NCBI GenBank assembly: GCA_052386995.1
Contig: JBQTJP010000008.1
Span: 1-15,628, forward strand
Length of the DNA: 15,628 nucleotides
Direction of reading: 5' to 3'
DNA from: Armatimonadota bacterium
Lineage (GTDB): Bacteria > Sysuimicrobiota > Sysuimicrobiia > Sysuimicrobiales > Humicultoraceae
Position numbers and translations under genes: made by a program. Within the stretch, counting starts at the first letter, position 1. The number at the start of each line of letters is the position of its first letter. The notes under the pieces were generated by a model. That model was not told where the DNA came from and did no database searches. It worked only from the letters and a program-made list of their open reading frames with translations. Positions 7,457 to 14,826 of the stretch are shown here, piece by piece.

Positions 7457-8473
7457 ATGACAGCCATCCAGACCATACTGGGTCTTATTCAGCCAGAGGC
7501 GCTGGGTGTCACCCTGATCCACGAGCACCTTCTCCCGAGACCTCAGCTCCCGTCGCCGCCGACCAAGCCCCTCTTTTCCCCGCGCATCGATATGAATGAC
7601 GTTGTGCGGGAGTTGAAGCACGCCCGCGATGTGTACGACCTTCGCTCGGTGGTGGACTGCACCCCACGCCGCTCTCCAGAGGAACTGGACAGCATGGCCT
7701 GGCTCTCCCATGAGACCGGCATCAACGTGGTCGTGGCGACCGGCTGCATGAAGGAGCAGTATTACCATCCGGCGCGAGGCAACATGAGCAGCTTCTGGGC
7801 CTACCAGCTAAGTCCCGATCAGATCGCCGACGTGATGGTGGAGGAGTTGACCGACGGCATCAATGGAACCCGGTATCGCGCCGGGATCATCAAAGTGGGG
7901 ACTTCGAAGCAGCGAATCACCGCACCGGAGGAGCGTGTGTTGAGGGGCGCCGCACGGGCACAGCTGCGAACCGGCTTTCCCATCACCACCCATGCGACCC
8001 TCGGCACCATGGGTGCGGAGCAGGCCCAGATTTTTCTGGAGGAGGGGGTCGACCCCAAGCGCGTCGTCATCGGGCACTCCGATCTGAACGACAACCCCAC
8101 CTATCACGAGGGTATCCTCCGTCGCGGTGCCAACGTTGGCTTCGACACAATCGGGAAGCAGCGGTTCGATTACACGCGCAGCGAGACCGCGGGCTATCAT
8201 CGCTACGAGTTCGAGAAGGAGCACTACTTCGTGTCCGACCAGCTCCGGCTTCAGACGCTCTTGGAGCTGATCCGCCGAGGGTACGTCGGGCAGATCGTCA
8301 TCTCTTCCGACATGGGATCTGAGATCGACCAGAACCCCGACACCCTCGGCGCCTGGGGCTACAGCTTCCTGCTGGGTCGCTTTTTGCCGGAGGCCCGGGA
8401 ACGAGGGCTGAACGAGGCAGACCAGCGACGGCTCCTAGTCGACAATCCGCGCAGAGTGCTCGGGGACGACTAG
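7457..8473 (+). CDS. Phosphotriesterase-family (PTE/PHP-like) binuclear metal hydrolase
   Basis: RBS GAGGAG followed by ATG 7457 (MTAIQTILG). Metal-ligand motifs TLIHEHL, GIIKVG (carbamylated Lys position), ITTH, IGHSD and ISSD; C-terminal LVDNPRRVL. Confidence 0.92.
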   Translation: MTAIQTILGLIQPEALGVTLIHEHLLPRPQLPSPPTKPLFSPRIDMNDVVRELKHARDVYDLRSVVDCTPRRSPEELDSMAWLSHETGINVVVATGCMKEQYYHPARGNMSSFWAYQLSPDQIADVMVEELTDGINGTRYRAGIIKVGTSKQRITAPEERVLRGAARAQLRTGFPITTHATLGTMGAEQAQIFLEEGVDPKRVVIGHSDLNDNPTYHEGILRRGANVGFDTIGKQRFDYTRSETAGYHRYEFEKEHYFVSDQLRLQTLLELIRRGYVGQIVISSDMGSEIDQNPDTLGAWGYSFLLGRFLPEARERGLNEADQRRLLVDNPRRVLGDD

Positions 8474-8507
8474 GGGACGCACGCCGAGGGCCGTCCTCCT
8501 CCTCCGT

Positions 8508-9788
8508 CTACACCACGGCGGCCGCCACCAGGTTGTGGAAGCGAGGCCGGACATGGTTGATAGCAAAGTTGTACGCGTCGGGATGGGTGCGGTTGGTCAG
8601 CAGAATGATGATCAGGTCTCGCGCCGGGTCGATCGCCGCGGACGTCCCGGTAAACCCCGTGTGACCGTAGGTCGCGCGGGAGAGCAGCTCGCCGAAGGGC
8701 CGCGGCGTTGGGAAAGCGTAGCGCTCGGGCGGAAAGATCCTGGTAGCCATGGGAGAAGGCGCCCACTCCTCTCGCGGCTGTCGACCCTTTCTCAATAATT
8801 GCCAGCCGAGCCCCCAGGATTGAGCCAGGCCGATCGTCTGATCCGTCGTCGCTTCGGCGATAGTGGCCGGACTGAAGATCCGCCTCCCGGTGCAGATGCC
8901 TCCGTCAAGGTACATCTGACAGAAGATGAAGAGGTCCGCGGCCGTTGAGAATAGCCCGGCGTGGCTGCTGACGCCACCAAGGGGGTAGTGCGTGTTTCCA
9001 TCGTTCACCTCTCCGACCAGGACGTGTTCGCGCCAGCCCTCAAAGGTCTCGCCCAGGTTCGCCACCATCGCCTGCTCGAACCGATTGCCGCGCTCGGTCG
9101 CGGCCGCACGCTCTCGCAAGGCACCCTGCGGATTGAAGCAGGTGTCCCGCATTCCGAGCGGCACCCATACACGACTCTGCAGCAGGCGATCGATGCCGTC
9201 GCCGGTGACGCGTCGAACCAGATGCCCAATGAGGCTCATGCCGACGTCGCTGTACCGAACCACCGTTCCGGGAGCGTCACCCAGCTCCAGGTCACAGATC
9301 ACGTGCAAGGCCGCTTCCGGATCCCTTGCCCTAGCGTAGGTGGGTACCCATCCGGCAAACCCAGCGGTGTGAGTGAGCAGGTGGCGAAGAGTCACCTCCT
9401 GCTTGCCGTGGACGGCGAACTCCGGGATGAGGCGAGCGACGGCGTCATCGAGGCTCCACACGCCGTCCTCTAGAAGCAGGAGCGCGGCCGTTGCGCCGGC
9501 TACGGCCTTGGTAAGCGACGCCAGGTCGAATACCGTGTCCGGCTGCATGGAACGTCGCTTCGGTTCGACTTGGGCCTCGCCCAGCGCCCAGTGGGCGGCC
9601 ACGCGACCGCGCCGGGCAACCAGGGCCACTGCCCCAGGGAAAGCACCTTGGACGATCGCCTGTTCAAGCAACCCGCTGGCCCTCTCCAGGCGATCAGGAT
9701 CAAGCCCCAATTCCTCCGGCGATGCCACAATAATCGAGCGCGACGTCGCCTTAAGCCCTCTTCCCTCTCCCGAGCGCTCGTGATGCAT
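8508..9788 (-). CDS. Serine hydrolase, beta-lactamase/class C-like (EstB/AmiE-like) family
   Basis: SxxK motif FDLASLTK, LRHLLTHTAG, YSD, SHAGLFST, YGHTGFTG and LTNR. Start is uncertain; ATG 9788 lies immediately after the permease stop. No signal peptide seen. Confidence 0.9.
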   Translation of the reverse strand: MHHERSGEGRGLKATSRSIIVASPEELGLDPDRLERASGLLEQAIVQGAFPGAVALVARRGRVAAHWALGEAQVEPKRRSMQPDTVFDLASLTKAVAGATAALLLLEDGVWSLDDAVARLIPEFAVHGKQEVTLRHLLTHTAGFAGWVPTYARARDPEAALHVICDLELGDAPGTVVRYSDVGMSLIGHLVRRVTGDGIDRLLQSRVWVPLGMRDTCFNPQGALRERAAATERGNRFEQAMVANLGETFEGWREHVLVGEVNDGNTHYPLGGVSSHAGLFSTAADLFIFCQMYLDGGICTGRRIFSPATIAEATTDQTIGLAQSWGLGWQLLRKGRQPREEWAPSPMATRIFPPERYAFPTPRPFGELLSRATYGHTGFTGTSAAIDPARDLIIILLTNRTHPDAYNFAINHVRPRFHNLVAAAVV

Positions 9789-9789
9789 C

Positions 9790-10719
9790 TCAGTCACCGG
9801 CGCGCAATCTGGGGTCCAGGACGTCCCGCAATCCGTCACCGAGTAAATTGAAGCCAAAGACCACGATCATGATGGCCAGGCCTGGGAAGATGGCTGGCCA
9901 GGGCGACAACTCCACATAGCGGCGGCTGGTACTCAACATGCTTCCCCATGACGGAGCCGGCGGCGGCGTGCCCAATCCGAGGAAACTCAGCGAAGCCTCA
10001 GTGAGAATAGCCGTGGACAGGTTGAAAGTTGTCTGGACGATCACCGGCGCAAGGAGGTTCGGCGCGATGTGACGCACGATGATCCGTACGTCCGACAGGC
10101 CGATCGCCCGGGCCGCCTCCACGAATTCCATCTCCTTGAGAGAGAGCACCGAGGCCCGCGAGAGACGCGCGAAGGAGGGCGCATAGACAATCCCGATGGC
10201 AATCATCGCGTTGGTGATGCTTGGGCCCAGCATCGCCATGATGCCGATGGCGAGAAGGATCGCGGGAAAGGCAAACAACACGTCCATGACTCGCATGAGC
10301 GTGTTGTCCGTCGTCCCGCCAAAGAACCCGGCGACCAAGCCGAGGGCGGAACCGAGCAGGAGCGCGAGGCCCACCGAGATCACGCCCACCTGCAGCGAGA
10401 TCCGAGAACCGAAGATGATGCGGCTCAGAATATCGCGACCCAATTCATCGGTACCCAGGAGGAAATCTCTGGTGGGTGCCGCGAGACGCGACCGGCTGTG
10501 AACCTCGTCGGGCGGATAGGGAGCAATCACGGAGGCAAGAACGGATGTTAAGACGCACGCGATGACGATGATTCCGCCAGCCATGCCAATGTGATTGCTG
10601 CGGAATCGACGCCAGAACCAGGCAAACTTGGCGGCTGTATGGGGCCCCCGGCCCCAATCGGCACGGTCTCCCGCCGGCCGGGACTGGTCAGTAGCGGATC
10701 CGGGGGTCAAGCCAGCCAT
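9790..10719 (-). CDS. dppC: Peptide/nickel ABC transporter permease, DppC/OppC family
   Basis: Motifs LLGTDELGRDILSRIIFGSRISL, EFVEAARAIG, EASLSFLGLG and FNLLGDGLRDVLDPR. Start ATG 10719 is tentative. Confidence 0.92.
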   Translation of the reverse strand: MAGLTPGSATDQSRPAGDRADWGRGPHTAAKFAWFWRRFRSNHIGMAGGIIVIACVLTSVLASVIAPYPPDEVHSRSRLAAPTRDFLLGTDELGRDILSRIIFGSRISLQVGVISVGLALLLGSALGLVAGFFGGTTDNTLMRVMDVLFAFPAILLAIGIMAMLGPSITNAMIAIGIVYAPSFARLSRASVLSLKEMEFVEAARAIGLSDVRIIVRHIAPNLLAPVIVQTTFNLSTAILTEASLSFLGLGTPPPAPSWGSMLSTSRRYVELSPWPAIFPGLAIMIVVFGFNLLGDGLRDVLDPRLRAGD

Positions 10720-11629
10720 AGAGCAGGTCCACCAGGAGATTGATGAGACTGAATACCAGGGCGACAAAAAGCACGCCGCCCTGAATCACAGGGTAGTCCC
10801 GCTGATAGATGCCGTTCAGAAGGAACCTTCCTATGCCGGGCAGCGAGAAGACCTCCTCGATGATCACCGCGCCCCCCAGGAGATGGCCGATCTGGACACC
10901 GATGACGGTGAGCACGGGGATGAACGCATTCTTCAGGGCATGAGCGTACAGGACCGTGCGCTCCCGCAGCCCCTTCGCCCGGGCGGTCCTGATGTAGTCC
11001 TGCCGGAGGACCTCGAGGAGGGTCGATCTGACCATCCGCATCACAAACGCAGCTAACGCGGTCCCCAGGGCAATAGACGGCAAGAGCAAGGTCTGAGCAC
11101 CGAGCCACGGGTTTTCCAGGACGCTGATGAACCCGATTGGAGGCAGCCAGCCAAGCACGAGCGACACGAACAGGATGAGGATGGTGCCAAGCCAGAAGTT
11201 GGGGATGCTGAGGCCCACCAAGGCGGTCACCCGCGATATCGCATCGGCGACTCGACCGCGATTGACGGCAGCAGCGACGCCCAGTGGGACGGCGACCAGC
11301 AACGCGACAACCATGGAGGCCGCGGTCAGCTGCACCGTCACGCCGAACCTGGCGATGATGTCCGGCAGGACGGGGCGGTTGGTGCGTAGCGAAGTCCCGA
11401 AATCACCCCGTGCCAGGCGGTTGAACCAGTCCACAAACTGCTCGTAGATGGGGCGGTCAAGACCGAACACGCGCCGCAGCGTATCGATTTGCTCCTGACT
11501 CGTCTCGGTTCCGAGAAGTAGTTGGACGGTGTCTCCGGGAATGAGACGAATCATCAGGAACACCACGATAGCGATCCCAACGAGGACGGCGAGAACGCCG
11601 ATCAAGCGGCGGGCGACGTATCGAGCCAA
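10688..11629 (-). CDS. dppB: Peptide/nickel ABC transporter permease, DppB/OppB family
   Basis: TTG start (MARYVARRL). Motifs GLDRP, GDFGTSL, DYIRTARAKGL, RDYPVIQG and LDPRIRY. Confidence 0.93.
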   Translation of the reverse strand: MARYVARRLIGVLAVLVGIAIVVFLMIRLIPGDTVQLLLGTETSQEQIDTLRRVFGLDRPIYEQFVDWFNRLARGDFGTSLRTNRPVLPDIIARFGVTVQLTAASMVVALLVAVPLGVAAAVNRGRVADAISRVTALVGLSIPNFWLGTILILFVSLVLGWLPPIGFISVLENPWLGAQTLLLPSIALGTALAAFVMRMVRSTLLEVLRQDYIRTARAKGLRERTVLYAHALKNAFIPVLTVIGVQIGHLLGGAVIIEEVFSLPGIGRFLLNGIYQRDYPVIQGGVLFVALVFSLINLLVDLLYGWLDPRIRY

Positions 11630-11652
11630 TTATCGGCCCTTCACCCACAACA

Positions 11653-11703
11653 GTTGGAGTCGAAGGTCAACCGTGTCCTAACGGGTGACGCCTCGACTCC
11701 GAC
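11653..11703 (-). other. Long imperfect hairpin between the binding-protein gene and the first permease gene
   Basis: GTTGGAGTCGA (11653-11663) pairs with TCGACTCCGAC (11693-11703), with inner arms GTCAACCGT / ACGGGTGAC. Confidence 0.65.
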
Positions 11704-11729
11704 CGGCGATCGACGTACTATGGGAGCTC

Positions 11730-13295
11730 CTACCGCGCCAGGTAGGTTTCCATCAGGTACTGAAAGGTCTGATCCGGCATCGGCTTATAGTTCATGACTC
11801 TCGGTAGATACGCGATGAAGTCGTTCGGATTGGCCAGGAACAGGTTGGGCGCCAACTCGATGATTCGCCGCTGGGCCTCATCATACAACTGCTTTGCCGC
11901 CACGCGGCTGGTGAGCGTCGGCGCCTTGGCGGCCAGGTCATCGATTCGCTCATCCGAGAAGTTCCACACATTGGCTGTTCCCCTGGTACTGAAGAAGAAG
12001 GCGACGGCCCGGTCGGGGTTGGTGCCCCCGTTGTTGCCGCCGACCATCATGAGCATGGCCTTCCTACGCCAGTTGTCTACGTACACGCCAACCTCGAGGG
12101 GCTGGATCTCAGCGTCAATGCCGATCCTCTTGAGCTGACTCTGAATCACCTGTGCCGACTCCACCTGGGCGGGAATGGTGGCCATCGCCATGATCGTCGT
12201 CCTGAACCCATTTGGCACGCCGGCCTCGGCCATCAACTGCTTGGCCTTGTTGATGTCGGTCTTATAGAAGGGATTGTCGGAGACGTCGATTGCCCACTCC
12301 GCCAAGGCAGAGGGAACCGGTCCCGTAAGCTTCGCATGGCCCCGATACACCGTGTCGATGATTTCTTTGCGATCGACAGCATAGCTGACCGCCTGTCTGA
12401 CCTTCAGCTGATTGAAGGGCTCTCTGGCGACGTTCATCCCGAGGTAGCCGTAACTGAGGGTTGGGCCACTCGCGACTTTGATGGTTGAACTGCCCCTCAG
12501 CGTGTCCAGGCCGGCCGCTGTCAGAACCGTGAAGTGAATCCTCCCGGTGCGGAGCGCCGCGATTCTCGCCGACTCCTCCCGGATGATCAGGAAGGTGACT
12601 TTGTCCAAGACAGGCTGGCCAGGAATATAGTAGTCGGGGTTGCGCACGAGGACCGTCCGGTTCTCGGGAGTCCACTCCTCCAGCTTGAACGGCCCGCTTC
12701 CGGCCGCGACCTTGTTCAGGTCGCCCCTGTTCTGCTCGACGATCTCTCTCGCCACGACGCCCGCCCATGCGCTGGCGGTGTTCACCAGGAAGGGCGCAAA
12801 TGGGTCCTTGAGGAGGAATCTGACGGTGTACTTGTCCGGGGTCTCGATCTTGTCGATGACCGCGAAGAACGAACGGGCGATGGAACCCGTCTCAGGGTTG
12901 AGGATCCGCTCGTAGGTGTACTTCACATCCTCGGACGTGAGCTCGCGTCCACTGTGAAACTTGACACCCGGGCGGAGCCAGAAAGTGTAGATCCTTCCGT
13001 TAGGACTGACGCGCCAGCGCGCGGCCAGATCGGGACGAGGGCGCATTTGATTGTCGAGCCGAGTCAGTCGGCTGTACAGCAGATCGAAAATCCGGATTGC
13101 TGCAGACGCAGGGTTCTTGGCTGGGTCCAGCCCGGGAGCCTCCTGATCCTTTCCAACGATCAATTCGCCACCCCTGGGAAGGGCCGCAGGAGCCGCGGCC
13201 GCCGCGCTGGGCAGTAACTCCGGCGCTCGACTCGAGGACACGAGACCAACGAAGAGAACCGCGATGACCAGAAACACTCCGTGGACTCTTAGCAC
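11730..13295 (-). CDS. ABC transporter substrate-binding protein, family 5 (DppA/OppA-like)
   Basis: SD GGAGGT precedes GTG 13295 (alternative start TTG 13310). Signal-peptide-like N-terminus. Motifs LDP, PDLAARW, YTFWLRPGVKFHSG, GSGPFKL and VRQAVSYAVDR. Confidence 0.93.
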   Translation of the reverse strand: MLRVHGVFLVIAVLFVGLVSSSRAPELLPSAAAAAPAALPRGGELIVGKDQEAPGLDPAKNPASAAIRIFDLLYSRLTRLDNQMRPRPDLAARWRVSPNGRIYTFWLRPGVKFHSGRELTSEDVKYTYERILNPETGSIARSFFAVIDKIETPDKYTVRFLLKDPFAPFLVNTASAWAGVVAREIVEQNRGDLNKVAAGSGPFKLEEWTPENRTVLVRNPDYYIPGQPVLDKVTFLIIREESARIAALRTGRIHFTVLTAAGLDTLRGSSTIKVASGPTLSYGYLGMNVAREPFNQLKVRQAVSYAVDRKEIIDTVYRGHAKLTGPVPSALAEWAIDVSDNPFYKTDINKAKQLMAEAGVPNGFRTTIMAMATIPAQVESAQVIQSQLKRIGIDAEIQPLEVGVYVDNWRRKAMLMMVGGNNGGTNPDRAVAFFFSTRGTANVWNFSDERIDDLAAKAPTLTSRVAAKQLYDEAQRRIIELAPNLFLANPNDFIAYLPRVMNYKPMPDQTFQYLMETYLAR

Positions 13296-13352
13296 GCGAC
13301 ACCTCCGCAATTATCGATGAGGTCGCTGTTCGTGCGAGTGTACTAGCTTAAA

Positions 13353-13366
13353 AACATTGTAACATT
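13353..13366 (-). promoter_or_regulatory. Candidate extended -10 promoter for the dpp-like operon
   Basis: The minus strand reads TGTTACAAT (TGn-TACAAT) at 13364-13356, within an AT-rich patch about 60 nt upstream of the start. It overlaps the direct repeat AACATT-GT-AACATT. Confidence 0.5.
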
Positions 13367-13409
13367 CGTGATCGTCTTTCGGTGTCGCAGCCTCCAGAAT
13401 GGACTCTTG

Positions 13410-13466
13410 ACTGCGTTTCGCAGTTCTCCTAGCTCTCCCTGCTGTGGAACAGCATGGAGAGCTAGG
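13410..13466. other. Two adjacent inverted repeats
   Basis: ACTGCG-TTT-CGCAGT (13410-13424) and CCTAGCTCTCC-C-TGCTGT-GGA-ACAGCA-T-GGAGAGCTAGG (13428-13466; 11 + 6 bp stem). Confidence 0.7.
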
Positions 13467-13672
13467 TCTCGCGTGTCGTGCTCCTCGGTGCTCGAATTCC
13501 GAAGGGTGGTGGCCGTGTCCTAACAGGGGGGTATCCTAGAGGTACTGATGACAAGGTCCAGGCACGCGTGCAGAGTCATACTTCCTGGTATCGGCTGGCC
13601 AAAGCCACCGAGCCTGCCCACGACAGATACCTGCGGGCGAGTACGCCTGCGTCTCGCGGGTTCTATCATGGC

Positions 13673-14614
13673 TTACTCACTGGGTATGCGCTGAGCACAT
13701 GCGGCAATCAGGTGTTCGGCGTTGTCAAGCACGAGCAGGTGTTCCTTGGGCTGAAGGAATTCTGAGATCGTCTCCAGGATCGGTCGCCCGGGTTGCTCGC
13801 GGACGCCAAGAACCGTGGAAACTGACTGGGGCACTAGGGAGTGGTCTGAAAGTGGAGCTAACTCGACCAGCCAGATTCCATCCTTGAACCGGTCGAGGAC
13901 GTCGGCCGCAACTTCGAGGGCCAGCCGAGTCTTCCCGACACCTCCCACCCCCGTGAGTGTCAGCAGCGGGGTAGTAGAGAGGAGACGCTTGACTTCAGCG
14001 ATCTGCTCCTCGCGGCCAATGAAGCTCGTCAACTGCCGAGGCAGGTTATTCGGAAACAGATCGCGAGATGTTAGAGGCGGAAAATCAGATGGCAAATCTC
14101 CCGTTACGATTTGGAACAAGCGATGCGGGCGAGCCAAGTCCTTAAGCCGATGCTCACCCAAATCTCGGAAGGTGATGCCGTCGGGCACCTCATCGGCGAT
14201 GAGTTCTCGCGTTGTCAGCGAGAGAAGGATCTGACCACCGTGACCCGCCCCACAGATCCGAGCCGCCCGATGGACATCGAGTCCAACATACTCTCCTGCG
14301 TCGCCTACTGGTTCACCCGTATGCAGGCCCATTCGGACTAGGGGATGGCAGCTATCCGCCCACGCATGCGCCTGGAGCACCCTCTGCGCGGCCACGGCTG
14401 CCAGTACGGCATCTTTCGCTCTGGCAAAGACGAAACTCTCCCCTTGGTCTTGATAGACGTTTCCACCGGCCGATTCGACGGTTTCTACCAAGAGCCGCCG
14501 ATGGTCGGCAAAGATCTGCTTGGAAACGGTGTCACCCAGATTTTGAACTAGGCGCGTGGACCCCTCGATGTCGGTGAAGAGAAAAGTGACGGTGCCGGTT
14601 GGGAGCCGGGACAT
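13673..14614 (-). pseudogene. Class III adenylate/guanylate cyclase domain fused to a STAND (NB-ARC-like) ATPase, C-terminally truncated
   Basis: Cyclase motifs LPTGTVTFLFTDIEGST, RMGLHTGE and VHRAARI...HGGQILLS. STAND motifs NNLPRQLTSFIGRE, Walker A GVGGVGKT and Walker B LLVLDNAEHL. The ORF stops about 12 aa after Walker B. Confidence 0.88.
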
Positions 14615-14668
14615 AGAATCCCCTCCCCAGAGTCAAAAGTTCGAGTTCAATACGGCTTGGGGCGGTTC

Positions 14669-14710
14669 CTAGGGACCAGGCGGGTGAATTTGGTGCCGGG
14701 AGGGGGATTT
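14669..14710 (-). repeat. att-like site, copy 3 (3' end of the tRNA-like gene plus flank)
   Basis: CTAG (14669-14672), 10 nt, GGTGAA (14683-14688), TT, TGGTGCCGGGAGGGGGATTT. Confidence 0.85.
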
Positions 14711-14776
14711 GAACCCCCACGCGAAACCCTCGGACGCCGTGAAGCGTGTGCGTCTGCCGAGGTCCGCCGTCCCGGC
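14691..14776 (-). tRNA. Aberrant tRNA-Leu-like gene or pseudo-tRNA (86 nt, anticodon arm non-canonical)
   Basis: Minus strand: GCCGGGA CG GCG GACCTCGGCAGA CGC A CACGC TTCACG GCGTC CGAGGGTTTCGCGT GGGGG TTCAAAT CCCCC TCCCGGC A CCA. It has a 7-bp acceptor stem, A73, encoded CCA, a perfect T arm, a Leu-type D arm and a long variable region. Departures are C8, C15, a C27-C43 mismatch and a 6-nt anticodon loop. Confidence 0.8.
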
Positions 14777-14794
14777 AACAGTGCACGCGCCAGA

Positions 14795-14815
14795 GGTGGA
14801 TCTGGTGCCGGGAGG
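14795..14815 (-). repeat. att-like site, copy 4
   Basis: GGTGGA (14795-14800), TC, TGGTGCCGGGAGG (14803-14815; 13-bp match to the tRNA end). Lacks the CTAG element. Confidence 0.65.
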
Positions 14816-14826
14816 ATGGTACTTGG

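Larger units (their letters stand above)
4330..14815. mobile_element. Putative tRNA-associated genomic island or composite of integrated cassettes (no integrase in window)
   Basis: Direct repeats of a tRNA 3' end, many gene fragments and toxin-antitoxin remnants. The left boundary is inferred only from the end of the intact liv operon. Confidence 0.6.

Noticed and set aside
8474..8507. Bidirectional terminator between the PTE and the serine hydrolase
   Set aside because: Only a weak GGACG/CGTCC stem, with no U tracts.
11671..13524. 12-bp direct repeat CCGTGTCCTAAC at 11671 and 13513 flanking the binding-protein gene
   Set aside because: Several exact 12-mer pairs are expected by chance in 15.6 kb. 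There are only two copies and no extended similarity.
14691..14776. tRNA-Sec interpretation, because CTTCA appears in the anticodon region
   Set aside because: The acceptor stem is 7 bp with A73 and a short Leu-type D stem. Bacterial tRNA-Sec has an 8-bp acceptor stem, G73 and a 6-bp D stem. No sel genes are in the window.
5017..14815. Classical integron (attC array)
   Set aside because: The repeats lack RYYYAAC/GTTRRRY ends and attC-type palindromy, and no intI gene is present. They derive from a tRNA end instead.
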